From Oikopleura dioica (Eukaryota > Animalia > Chordata), in the NCBI GenBank assembly GCA_907165135.1, contig OU015569.1, positions 1,488,001 through 1,552,000 on the forward strand: a stretch of 64,000 nt of DNA, given 5' to 3'. Both the position numbers and the translations under genes were made by a program. How positions within the stretch are numbered: position 1 is the first letter of the stretch; the number at the start of each line of letters is the position of its first letter. Under the pieces are notes generated by a model. The model searched no databases. It saw nothing but the letters and a program-made list of their open reading frames with translations, and had not been told where the DNA came from. This document shows positions 1-12,865 of this stretch, piece by piece.

Positions 1-738
1 TTTACTAAATGCAAGTTATTAAAAAGGCTTTTCTAGTTAGTTTTTTTGTTTTTTAATTTTAAAATCTAGTCTATTCTTTTCGCAGTTTTTTGATAGTTCT
101 TTACTTCTACGGGGAGATGTGTTTTACATGCAAATTTGTACTTGAAAATAGAAACTACGAATTCTCGGTTCTTCTGAAAATAATGCTCTCTAGAATTTCC
201 GGGTAATGTAGTTCCTCGTATCTTCATGTTAGTTTGAAGGATTGAATTGAAGACATGATTGTGTGTAAATACATCTCTTTACTATTTTCGGTTCCGAGCA
301 ATTTTCTCATTCTCCAAATCTCTAACATACTCACACTTCCAGATCCGCATCTCTAGCCTCTACCCAGCCTCTACTCATTCTTATATTATCACAAAAAGTA
401 TCTTCAGCAAGAACAAAACTCAAACTAGACTATATAAATCTTCTTTTTTTTTCCATTTCGCGATGGCGAATTTAGGCTTATTTCAGTTGTCACCAACCTG
501 GTTCCTAAATCTAAGTTTAGCTCGACTTCCACGATAATTTTCCCTTTTTTCCAGAGAAAATTTGCAGTTTTGATAGTTTCGAGCTAGTTATTTTTTTACT
601 AATTCCCCTATTAAACTATTACCATGCTATAGTATCATTATCGTTTTACTCAATCGTGATTTGTCTATCAGTGCAATAGCAATTCTTTAATTCTGATTCT
701 TTCGCCTTTAGTATATTTACTTCAGTTTCGGTATTCAA

Positions 739-1630
739 ATGTCTGGCTTGATCGGACTTGGCGGATATGGATCGGACTCAGATTCGGACTCTGCTTCCGG
801 AAGTCCTGGCTCAAGAACGAGAGCATCGTCGTCTGGAGAGATGGAAGTCGATGGAAAGGACGTGATTACAGTTGGCGACGGGGATGCCAGTATGGATGAA
901 GAGGAGATTGTCAATGCCGATGCAGCGGCCGAATTTTCTTCGGAATTGAGAAGGATGAGCAGGTATTTAAATAAAATTTTAAGGCCCAATAGACACCGTC
1001 TCTTAGTGCTGGGCTTCCTATAAGCATCCAACTTCCTCCACCTCCAACTGGCAAAATTGACCAGAACTCGAAAGTCCAGTACTTCAAAATGTTAGACGGC
1101 TACAAGAAAGGAATGAACATCAACAAGCAAATCAAGAGTGCGAAATCCTACAGGAACCCTTCAATCTATTCCAAGCTCATCGACTACTTCAACATCAAAG
1201 AAGGCGGCTCCAACTTTCCAAAAGATGTCTTTGACCCGACAAAGCTTAAAAATGATACGAAGTTTCATTACAAGGTTTGAAATTTGATAAAATAATAATC
1301 TCGATATTTCAACTTCCAGGAATTGTCGAAACTTCAAAATCAGCTTGAGGAAAAACGCCAAAAAGAAGAGAAGCAAAGAATCCTTTTGGCGAGAGAGAAA
1401 GAAGCAGGTCCCGCGGTTGTCAGCTCAAGATCGAAAAATCACAATGGAAAGTCCATCCCCGCCGTCGGTATTCTTGCCAAGAAGACATCAAAGGCTGGTT
1501 TTGAACATTATTTACTTAGAAAGAGATTGCTTGGGAATTTATTTTTCAATACTGAAAGGCTCGTGAAACGCTCAAGAAAGAAATAGGCGAGGTGAAATTT
1601 GGAAAGAGCAAATTTATGAGTCCTGATTAG
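739..1630 (+). CDS. SAP30BP: SAP30-binding protein (HCNGP family), spliced
   Basis: Acidic N-terminus (MSGLIGLGGYGSDSDSD), then exon 2 IQLPPPPTGK...KSYRNPSIYSKLIDYFNIKEGGSNFPKDVFDP, matching the HCNGP motif RNPSIYEKLI...GTNYPKDMFDP. The last exon boundary is ambiguous (GC or GT donor near 1494-1498). Confidence 0.88.
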
Positions 1631-1968
1631 GGTTATTCAAGACTGTACTTCGTAGAGTTCTGGCTTACTTGAGTCTATAATCTACTAGCCTAATGTTTGA
1701 AAAATATAATCCAACATTAGATATCGACTAGCGATTCCAAAACCTTGCGACAGGATCGAAGATAGCCCCTACTCTGCCAAGTTACGTGATTTCTCCAGCT
1801 TTTTTCTTCTCAACTGTCTAGAATTTCCTGTTCATGTAAATAATAACAGACTGCCCTTGACCGATAAGCTTACCGTGTCCTACTTTTTATCCTTCTCCGC
1901 AGATATATCGAATTCGCAAATTACTAAATATAGAATCGTGTTATTTCAGAAATCGGATTAGAAAAAGA

Positions 1969-4900
1969 ATGGCTAGTTATATCAACCCAAAGAAGCGAAA
2001 ACGATGAGTGCAACTTTTACAGGCGAGTTTTTGATAGCGCTACGAAAAGCGCCTTCCAAGCGCACTCAGCAAGATATTCAAACATTACAGAAGACCTTCA
2101 AGGAATAGTTCATACACTTTATTAGAAAATATCTTCTTCTTTGGTTACATAGTTGTTGAACTTTGTGGTAGACGTTATCATCGCTAAAGTCTCGCCCGGA
2201 TTCTGAATTGTTAAAATACTCGACGAAGGCGCGTTACGAATATTATCCTCCCAACTCTATTCTATTCAAAAAAGGTGACGAGTACACCTCCTGGTTCATC
2301 CTCCTATCCGGCGCGGTTTTCTCCACTGGTTCCGTTTTCTATCCACCTGCATGTTTCGGACAGGAGCCACCCGCTGGCGGCAGTTCGAAGCGTCCCTCCC
2401 AGTGCTACACAGTGGAGCCCTCGGAGTTGATCGTCATCGATACTGAGCGGGCGCGTAGAAAGTCATCGACGACGTCGGTGACGCCAACATTGAGTCCTAG
2501 CCGCCCTCATGTTCGAGTCAGAAGCTCGATTGCGTCTAATGACTCGCCATCTCACTCAGGAACGGGAATATTATCTTAAAAAATGTCAGCTTTTGAGCAA
2601 AATGTAACTCCCAAAAGTAGACTATTACTCCTACAATTTGAACTTCGAAGACAATGGCGACTCAGACGGAGAGGAAGGCTCACTTCCCAACTCGTTGCGC
2701 TCCTCTTGTCCGAGTCTGCTCATAAAAGATCAGGCGCTGGACGCGCTCGAGAAGCAAAAAGATGAGCGAACGGAGGAGGAAATTGACATGCTCCATGAGT
2801 TTTTGCAAGTGTTGCCGGCGTTCAACAACCTTACTGGACCGGTGAGGCGGGAGCTGTGCCGACACATGGTCTACGTCTCCGTAGAGGAGAAGGGACAGAC
2901 AGTTCTAGGTAAGACAATTGCGGAGTTGCTTTTCTTTTGCCCGTGGGCTCGACTTTCTGACTGCCTATTTTTTCTAACGGCGTATTATGATTGTCTTTTC
3001 TAGGGGACGGAGAAGAGCTAGACTCGTGGGCTGTTCTGTTGTCCGGTAAAGTAGAGCTTCGTCATCTCGATGGGCGAAAAGAACTGCTTGAAGTTGGCAA
3101 GTCCTTCGGCGTCACACCTTCCCTTGAGAAACAGTATCATAGGGGAACTCTTGTTTCTCTTGAGCCGGACGCCCAATTCGTCTGCATCGAGCAAGCACAG
3201 TACTACGACATTCTTCACCGCGGCCGGGAGAATATGATCGACGTCCTTGATCAAGTCACTGGCGAAGTCTGTCTCGTGAAAGAAAAACGAATGGACGGTC
3301 CTGTTGCAATTCGTGGCACGCCAAAAGCGCTGTTGACCTATCTCCTCGAGCACGATTCCAAAGCGGACAAGTTCTTTATTGAGGACTTTTTGCTCATGTC
3401 GCGCATCTTTCTCCAGAGCCTCTCGCAAATTGGAGACACGCTATTACAGTGGTTCGAGCAGCCAAGCTACAGGCGAAACGTTACTCGCGTCGTCTCACTC
3501 TGGGTGAACGAGCATTTCTGCGATTTCGACACCAACCGAGAGCTGCTTACATTCCTCGAGAGCTTCGAGCGACGACTGGAAGAAGAAAATCTCCCTCAAG
3601 AGCGTGATCTGCTGCATTTGGTTTGCGAAAGCAAGCCTCGAGAGCGTGTAATCAAAATGGTGCGAAAAGATGTTGAAGGAGAGCTCTTCTTCAAAGTAAT
3701 GGGGGGCGCAGAAAAGGGCTATCCTTTGTATGTAAGCTCTGTGGACGCTGGAAGCCCGGCGGACTCAGCCGGACTTAAACGAGGCGACATGATCCTGGCG
3801 ATGAACGATCGAAACTTCGAAACGATGAGCTACGAGATCGCAATGAAAACGATGAAGCGGCATACGGACATGACATTTTCCGTGAGGACGAATCTGTTCG
3901 GTTTCAAGAAAATGGCGGCCGAGATCAAGCATCAAAAATCGACGCCAAAAATAATGAGTTCAGTCAAGGAGCCAAAAGTGAAGAAAACATCCAAGAGCCT
4001 CTCGAGCTGGAATATTTTTGGAACGAAGAAAAATCAAAAAGAAAAACCTTCCATTTTACCTAACCCGCCGAAATTCAACAAAAGCGCTCATGGCTCCATT
4101 GACTCGCGCGATCCTGAGGCTGATCAGGACTTTCAAGGTGCGTATATTAACTACACGGAAGATTTACTCTGGTGAATAGAGCTAGTTCTTATAAAGCACG
4201 CTCTTGTTGGTGATAATTGGTGACCATGTCTTCTAGGAAATCTATTTATGAAAATGCTTCTCCCGAAGGGTAAACAAAACAAAACCTGATTGATTTCTCG
4301 CTAGAAAGTCGCTCTCGGCTTATCATCGCTGCATATTATTATGCTTATCGTTACATATGAATTTTGACCACTAAAATCAAAAACTCTTGATTGATCTTGC
4401 ATGCTTTTTCAATTATAAAAATACCAATCGAGTGTATTTTTGCCATGATGATGTCGATTTTGAATCAAGCGCAAAAAGCTACTTGATTAGGATTCGATTT
4501 AATTTTCTAAAAAAAATATAGAGCGAGCAGAAGAAAAGGTGATAACTGCAATTTAGATTTGCCGGACGTTGAGGCAATCAAAATCTTTCGCTCTGATCAA
4601 ACATACAAGTACTTATCCATCACAAAAGAGACGACAGCTAAAGAAGGTATTTGATTCGTATACATTTTCGTTAATACTTAATTTCGCACATATAGTTGTT
4701 CGCATGGCACTCCGAGAATTCGGCTACGCAGAGGATGAAATACAAGGGCTCACATCAGACAATGAGCCACAGTACTCTCTCTCGAAAGTCTCCTGCCAGG
4801 TACAAAGCCTCGATAAGTCAAAGACGGCGTGATCGTCAATTTTAGGATGTTTCGATCAAGCAGTCGCGCTTCCCGGACCAAGTTGCCGATCTTTCATCAA

Positions 4901-6969
4901 AAATCAGCCTCAATGAGCGATACTACCTCAAAGCCCTCAAAGAAACTGCTCCACTTGGTAAGATTTCCGTTCATTATTTGTCGTTTTTTATGTTCCAATC
5001 GTCCTTATTCAACAAAACTCTATTTAATACGCTTTTAGTTCCGGATTACCTAGCCCCAGAATTGGTGAAAGAATCCCACATATCCTTCCTTGACCTATCG
5101 ACCTACGAGCTCGCTTTTCAACTAACAATACGCGATTACAACATTTTCCGGAACGTACTACCTACCGACTACGTCAACGACATTTTTCATCGCATCGGCG
5201 GCCAGAAAGACCCCTCTCATATCAAGGTATAGCATCTTTTCTTTTCTGCTACTATCAATATTTTAAAGGAGATGAACAGCTTGGAAGCGCTGGTGAACGA
5301 GGAAATGTTTTGGGTGGTGCACGAAGTGCTCCAAGAAACCAATCTCCACCGCCGCGCCAACAGTCTCAAACAGTTCATTCAAACTTGCATTCACCTAAAA
5401 GAACTTAAAAACTACAATTCTCTCTTCGCAATCATTTCCGGGCTTGATCATACGGCCGTCGCGCGTCTCAAGCAAACCTGGACCGCTGTCAGTCCCAAAA
5501 ATCGCAAGAAATTCGAAGAACTCAAGGTACAGTTAATTCCAAAAAAAAAAACAGACACTTACGATTTTAGGCCTTGATGGAACCTTCGCGTAACTTCTCA
5601 ACCTATCGCTCGCTGAAGCAGAAGAACGAAGTTCCGCCCCTCATCCCTTTTGTACCTGTTGTCAAAAAGGACTTGACTTTCATCCATTTGGGAAACGATA
5701 CCAAGGTTGAAGGCTTGATCAACTTTGAGAAGATGAGAGATTTTGCCCGCGAAATCCGCACTCTTCGAAAGTACTGCGAACCCATGGCATTTCACTCTAG
5801 TTACAGGTAAACCCTCTTAAATGTCATTAATATGAATTCTGAATGAATTCTTTAGTCAAAAGAACGACTCTGCTCTGAGTCAAGGAACGACGCTATCTCG
5901 CAAGACAAACCAGAGCAGGATGCTCAATCCAGAAAAGCTCTATAAAGAAAAAGCGGCCGAGCGAAAGGTCAAACAGTACTTGGAAGCTCACTGGTCAAAA
6001 ATCATCAAGGATGAAGACTCTTTGATGGCTGTATCGAAAAATCTCGAGCCTCCCCCTGGTGCGTTCTGGGGATAACTTTTTGTTCTGACAATTTAATTAA
6101 AGCACCGGCATCTACAACGAGTTCACGAAAGTCTACTGGTGATAATTTATCCGTGAGCTCTTCACCAGGCATCTCAATCCGCCACAAGTCAGCGTTAAAG
6201 CAGCAACAACCGTCCTCGACGCATTCTAGAGGCAACAGCGAGCCAGTTCTTCTCAGCCCAATGATATCTGTGACCAAAGGGAACAACAGAAAAATGGTGC
6301 CAGTCACAGAGCTTCCTAAATTCGGTTCGTCTTATTACTTTCTTTCGAAATCGACGAGCTGTTTTCAGGCGCCGATAGCAGCCGCAACTACAATAAACTG
6401 ATGTCCCTGGCTGAGCCCCCTGTCGGGACCAATGTGTCACGCTACGGCGGGGACAGACGGCGCTATCGCTCTGGACAGTCGGACTCTTCCGCCAATACCA
6501 ATTCCACAAGCTACACCAATAACTCCGCGCCTGTAATTTCCTGTAAGTCCAAAGCATTCAGACACACTCCCATAACTCTTAACAATAAGCTCGAGTTGTT
6601 CTCGCTAAACCACCCCTGCCTCCCTCAAAAGAAACAAGCCACAAAGTCAAAAGTTCTGAAGCAAAACTTCGTGAAAGTTCATCGAAGCAAGGCTCGAGGC
6701 CAGTCTCGGAGCACATCAAGAGTCTGACCCTCTCGTCGAAAGAGCGAAAACGCCAGCGTTCTGTTGATCAGTCACGTGAAAGGTAACGCTCTAAAGTTAT
6801 AATTGGTATGTAGAATTGTTCTAGTGACGTGACGCTTATCTCAACGAAGCCCTTGAGCGGCAGCAATCGCTCTAACCATCGTTCAACGCCCGATTTGTTC
6901 CAAGCTCCTATCAACCCCATTTACCAGCCGGCGCAGTCGCGCGATGCCACCTTTGTTACCAAAATCTGA
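1969..6969 (+). CDS. RAPGEF2: PDZ-containing Rap guanine nucleotide exchange factor (RAPGEF2/6), multi-exon
   Basis: Domain order: two cNMP-binding-like domains (WFILLSGAV; [16 protein letters not shown]), REM (IRGTPKALL...IEDFLL), PDZ (FKVMGG...GLKRGD), RA ([15 protein letters not shown]...YSL), CDC25 GEF ([12 protein letters not shown]; [18 protein letters not shown]). C-terminal PDZ-ligand-like VTKI*. Confidence 0.93.
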
Positions 6970-7473
6970 TTTCATACAGTCACCTTCCAGAGATTTCTCC
7001 GTAAAGCTGAAATTCAACAAGTTCTGGTAGCTGATTGTATTTATTTACGTCTACTAGTCTGTCTATGCTACACCATGATTCTAGTGCCCTTAGACGATTG
7101 GGTGCATCTCTGCTCCGTCATTTTTGAATGCTGCCAATTATCAAAGATATTGACCTCATGCGACCTCCTTAATTATTGCTCTATCCTCTGAACTAAACTA
7201 TCATCTTCTTCCATATTCGAATCCGGAAGGCTCCGCCGTTGAAATCGTAGCAATATATTCACTTGGAACAAATTTACTATAAATGCTGTTCGCAAGTGAA
7301 ATTAGTTCAGCGGCTACGATTTCATACGATAAGTTCATTGCCTTTCAACTTTTAATTTTTTTTTCTGTAAAACCCCAAAGACGATACTAATCTTATATTT
7401 GGGCCATTCGCTCGAATCTTCCACTTTCATTTCCTTGATTCTTCCTTGATTTCATTTTTAGATCAGCCCAAAG

Positions 7474-8207
7474 ATGTCGGTTTTTGAATACGGACGAGTC
7501 CAGGAAGCATGGAAAGATAAGGACGGCATTGAGCGAACTGCGTCTGAGCTCCTTGAACCAGAACATATCGGCAACAAAGAGTACCTAATGAGAGTCGATA
7601 TGCGAACAGACGCATTTATGAAAGGGAGAATTGCATTTGGACCGAAAGGAGTTAAGAAACCCGCGTCAGTTGGAGAAGACCAACTGGTGATCTTCTTTGA
7701 GCCTACAAGGAAAGCGTGATGCTTGCATTTACTTATCAACGTAGTTTTTTGACACAATCATCCCACAATCAGTTTTCTGGAGGCTATTATTGATGGAAAT
7801 AAATTGAAGCTGTCCGGAAACAACATGGAAGCTCTCATTATTAAGCCAGGGCGGACGTACGCACTCAAAAACCCAGCGAAAGAGATCAAGTATTTCGGAA
7901 TGGCTCCATAACTCGTAGTAATTTAAACTAGACATTATGTTGAAAAGCCTCAAAGACTTCACTTTGCTGAATGGTCCCTTTGGCGATATCAATGAAGAGT
8001 CAAACGGGGAAATCTCCCTTACCGAACATACAGAATACGATCCTGAAGCTACCGAAGAAGCCACCCAAGGGTTTCTTGAGAGCTTATTTTCAACACTGTA
8101 TCTTCTTTTTTAGTTATACTTTGATGACAACCGATGGATCTGAGAAAACTGGTGTAACAGAAGGAACTACGCGTGTCTCTTCCGACGAATTTTCTGAAGA
8201 AGAATGA
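7474..8207 (+). CDS. Small (~200 aa) protein with CENP-C/Mif2-like cupin domain and acidic tail; 4 exons
   Basis: GT-AG introns 7716-7772 and 7889-7931, plus a third near 8.07-8.11 kb. Spliced sequence TDAFMKGRIAFGPKGVKKPASVGEDQLVIF...LIIKPGRTYALKTQRKRSNIML aligns by eye to the CENP-C cupin TPFFSTGKLILGPQEEKGKQHVGQDILVFY...FYVPSGNYYNIKNLRNEESVLL. Confidence 0.55.
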
Positions 8208-8378
8208 GATCCATTCGAATATTAGAAAAATGCACATCACCAGCTGCATTTATCGACAAGCTGCCACTTACCCCATTCCACCATATTCGTTCCATGTATC
8301 ATAAATTTGGTTATAAACTTGTCACATTTTTGAAAATTTGTTGCTTATGTCTGTTTCCATTAGAGTGGAGCGGAAAGT

Positions 8379-10736
8379 ATGGCAGAAGAAGTGGATAATC
8401 CGACGCCGCTTAAATTCGGTGCGGACAAGCGTTTTCGCGAGGCCATTACAGAAATGGCGCTTTCGCCCAGGCACGATTTGATTGCTCTCGCCACTGAGGG
8501 CTCGCAGGTGCTTCTCCATCGCTATGAAAAGTTGGAGCGTGTTTGGGTCTTCGAAAAGATCGCTAGTTTCGACGAAAACAAAATCTCCGCCCTTTGCTGG
8601 CGAGATGATGGTCACGTCCTCGCTGTAGCGTACTGGATTGATGGCAGTGATGGCTTTTACAAACTTCTGGATGTTCGTACAGGTTCCTTTTCTGACAATC
8701 ACGGATAAGATTCAAACTCGTTTCAGGTCAGAGCCGCCCAATAGACACTTTTCCGGACTTCGACTTGACAATTCCAAGTCCGTGCATTTCGATGCACTGG
8801 TCCTTCTCCTCCCACGAATGCAAAATCGACGAACGAGTGCGATTCTTTGGTCGCCTTCCGGACATATCAAAAAATGTTCGCGAGCCGAACATAGAAACGC
8901 TTGTAACGAGGAACACGAGCATTCTTGTGATGGTACTCAAAGACGAAACGGTTCAAGGTTTTGGATTCGGAATTGTGCCGATTTTCTCGTTGAAATTCGA
9001 TTTTTTCCCAACAGAGGCTTACCTCAAGCGGGATTTCTCGGAGATGATTATCATATCTTCGCCAGATGGAAGAAAATTAGACCAAAAAGTGGTCAAAATG
9101 AACGCGCTAAAAGAAAATATGAGAGTCATCCACAGGTGGAAATTTAATAAATAATGAATTGGGTTGAGCTGCGTCTTAAGATACTGCACCTATGTGTGTG
9201 CAGTAGAACTAACCATCATCTACTTGCAATTGTGCATGGAAGAAATGCGAAATACGTGGAACCACGGGCTGGGCCCACTAACTCATCACATCCCGCATGA
9301 AATGAGCAATCATTTCATAATGTTTTATCTTTGGGGAATAAAAAGCACCAAGTTGATTGCCTTCCTCAAAAATTATCTTCCGTTGGAGCCCTACAAGAAA
9401 GTGTGTGCCGATATGGCGAACAAGTATGTCCAGCTTCAGAAATTGTCGATGGTGAATTTTATGCAGGCTGCAGATAAGCTCTATGGGCTCATCCATACGG
9501 TGTCCTCTTTGTGTCGGCTTCCAAAGGTTACTTCGTCCCTTTTTGGATTACTATTTTAAATGAAATATAGTTATTCGAACTGCTCGCTCCTGACCATGTG
9601 CTGATTAACTTTGAGTACATTGAAACTCGCGCTGCTGAACTCATCTTGAAGAACACTATGTTTCTTCGTGAAATGGACGATCTCTTCCGCTGCGCTGTGG
9701 CGTTTTCCTCCTGGATAATCGTTCAGTACGAGAGGCTCGATCCGCCAGAATCAGGAGAACTGTCCGAAGATAACGAACACGACCAAGATGAGGAGCTCAT
9801 TATGAGGTAGCAAAAGTACTATTGTCAATTGCATCAGGGTTTATTGCAGATTCCTGCAAGTGTATGTCGCTTCGAAAAGAGACAACATCATGGAATATCT
9901 CAACTCAGAGCCGATGCATCCCAACGAGCATGCAAAAAGATGGGGAATCTGCCTGGAGCGAGTTTATCGAAAAACATGGCTTCACACAGCACTTAATCCA
10001 GAAAGATGATCCACAAGTGTCGCTTAAAACGGCTCTCGATTATGTCCGTCGTCTATTTGTGGTGAGTGTTTGGGAAATCGAAATTGGACTTTATTTTTAA
10101 TTCGTCCCTAGAAATACTGTTTCCGCGAAGACGACGACTCATTTGGTTGTCCGAAGAGCAAATTATCGGATGAACTGGAATCTTCCATTGGCGATTTGCA
10201 ACAGTTCGTTACGCACGATGATGCGCCAATGGTATTTGTGAGTTTGAAAGAAGCAAACTGGACATAGTAAGACCGGACTAAAGGGTTCCTTAATGATTTT
10301 ATTTTTCAGTCCTGTTTGCTGCACTCTTACACAGACGCACCTCAATATTCTCCGTTACGACGACATGTGGCCGAGTGATCTTGGTGAGGAGGAAGAAGGA
10401 CGTCATATAGCAGAGGTGTACCGGCTCAATTCAGAATATCGTGTGCTTGATTTTGCTTTATTTCTTTATCATGTGCGGGACCAAGTTGCAGAAGGGTTTG
10501 CACTAGAAGTTTCCGTCGAGGACGAAACGCAGCAACGCCTCACACACTACGAGTTCTCCTACGACGAGCGAGACGAACCTCCTCACGTGAAGTCCTTCAT
10601 TTCTCTTCACAACCACAACTTCTCCTCGCTCGAGCTCAGCGTGCGCCGGAGTCTCATCGCTCTTCACAGTGCTGAGTCCAACATCGTCAACGTCTATCAG
10701 CTAAAGGACGACGGACAGATCCTCGTGAAGAAGTAA
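8379..10736 (+). CDS. ANAPC4: Anaphase-promoting complex subunit 4
   Basis: N-terminal LSPRHDLIALATEGSQVLLHRYEKLERVW...ISALCWRDDGHVLAVAY matches the APC4 WD40 N-terminus. Helical middle region and C-terminal AVSSWRKTASVL-like WD segment lie in short-intron exons. Confidence 0.88.
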
Positions 10737-10836
10737 CTTAATCTATTCCACAGAAACTTACTGCACTGCCCTGTATGTACCACTCTGCCCTGACAGGACT
10801 CACCTGAAAATGAAATTTGATTGCTCTTTCTTTAGA

Positions 10837-12522
10837 ATGCAAATAATCGCATTGCTGATATTTTTAATCAGCTCGGTCGAATCAGAATCGAGCGAGTTCT
10901 GCGATGATGGAGTCACAGACGCGGAGCAAGATCTTCCCGAAAATTGCAGGACTCCTGATAGTTGGAAAACCTGTCCGGAGTGGCACTGTGATGTGAAATG
11001 GCCGATACAGAACCAAACCGAGCTTCTGTATATAAAACCTCAAGGTAAAGCTCAATTAATGACCACCTTTCTAAGCGCACTTTTTAAAGAAATGGACACG
11101 GGCGGCCACGTTTGTAGAACCGACGAGCGAGAAAATTTTTATCCAAAGTCAGGCTATCCGAACGGGATTCCAGTCTCTGGCCATCACACGCCAAAATGGC
11201 CGAAATACGGCGAATACTACTGGGTTCCTCCGCTTCGATATGTTCATGCTCTCGAGCATGGTGCGATTGTATTCATGTACCATCCTTGCACAGACGAGCA
11301 GCAAGTGCGACGTCTTCGAAAAATCGCCACAAGTTGCTTGTGGAAACATCTTTTTTTCTCGTTCAAAGGTGATTAACATAAGCGAAAGCAATTGCTATCT
11401 TTCTAAACTAGGCGATTTAAATGGCACTTATCCGATGGCTGCCGTAGCATGGGGAAATCTGGTGAAGATTCCGCAGATCAACGACAGCAACTCCGCCGCC
11501 ATCAAGATCTGGATCAAAGAACACGCAAAAGTTGGCGGAAACAATGAAGGTCGCGTCTTTGGGAATGGCGCATACAGCCTCGCTTTGGTGAAAGAAGCTG
11601 GAATAGTAACCGTCGAAGAGGACTCGGAAATCTGCCCAGAAACAATTGATGATCAGGCAGAGACAGTTAAGAAGGCTTTGGAGATTTTGAAAAACAACGA
11701 GACTCCGCTCGAAGAAATTCACAAAATGATCCAGGTTCCTGAAGCGCCAATCGAAGTCTCCAACATTACCGACATCCTCGAGAATAGCGCCCCGATCGTT
11801 GAAACAAGTGCCAGCTCAACGGAAGCGACAGTGCAAGAGACAAGCTCCTCTCAGTCAGTTTTTGAAGCGCCGGAAAATGCTCCTGAACCAAGTGTCATCT
11901 ATCCAACAAAAGTTAAAAGTGGCGAAACGCAGCCACCGTTGACTCAGCTGACTGATAATGACATGGGCGAATATGCACAAACTGAAGATGAATACTCCGA
12001 AGAGAAGAATGCCGAAGAAACGTCATTTCCGGAAATCGGCACTGAAGGAGCCTTTAGCACAGTAAACGACGATTTTACGACGACAGTTGACCCTTCCAGG
12101 CAAGGAAAAGATCTCATCTTTCAAGTGCTTATTCAATTTTAGAGTCACGAAGAAAGAATCGCTGCAGGACGAAGTAAATCAAAGTGGTGAGCCGCTGTGG
12201 GCTTTTACGTCCTTGTTAATCTTAGTAATCGGTGAGTACAATTTATTTGCCTCTGATAGTTTTACTTGTTCGTTTCTTATCAGGGCTGGCCGTGGCGATC
12301 CGGCGATCGAAAATGCTCAATCGCAAGAGTCCGCGAAAGGCGTACCACAACGTCCAAGACAGCTGGTCGGACGACGAAGGGACCATCTCTGTCGGAAGTG
12401 AGTTCTATTAAACTATACATCCAGTTGAGCGTCTTTTCTTAGCGCTGGTGCGCGGTTTCCGGCGCAAATCAAAAGACGAGCAGTCGTACTCCCTTCTCCA
12501 GACTCGCCAAGACGAACCCTGA
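10837..12522 (+). CDS. DUF3105-domain type I membrane protein (TP53I13-like)
   Basis: Signal peptide MQIIALLIFLISSVES; SGHHTPKWPKYGEY...YVHALEHGAIVFMYHPC is the DUF3105 motif; acidic S/T/E-rich stalk; TM segment LWAFTSLLILVI; basic cytoplasmic tail. Confidence 0.75.
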
Positions 12523-12865
12523 TCAGATGCGTCTTCCTGCCAAGCAAAAATCAATTCGTTACTCAACGTACTCTTCTTCTTCTGTAACTTCAAAGATAAA
12601 CCTAATCGCAAAGACAATCAAAGAAAACCAAATCACAAACTCGCAAAATGACAAAAACTCCGCTAATCCAAGCAAATGCCAATCAAAGATCTCGCAAGAG
12701 AAGTTCTCTGTAAAACTACGACTGTAAATTATATTTATCCAACTTGTGCAATATTCATCTTTTCTTCTTCTTGTTCAAAATCCGACAATTCCGCTTCACA
12801 TTTACTAAATATATTAAATAATATATTATTTCGAAAAAAAAATGTGCAAAATCATTTCTCGCAGA

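Noticed and set aside
259-537. 92-aa GTG-start ORF
   Set aside because: AT-rich low-complexity sequence with no ATG or homology; intergenic.
11149-11300. DUF3105 as a possible bacterial horizontal transfer
   Set aside because: The gene has normal introns and the signal-DUF3105-stalk-TM layout of the animal TP53I13 family.
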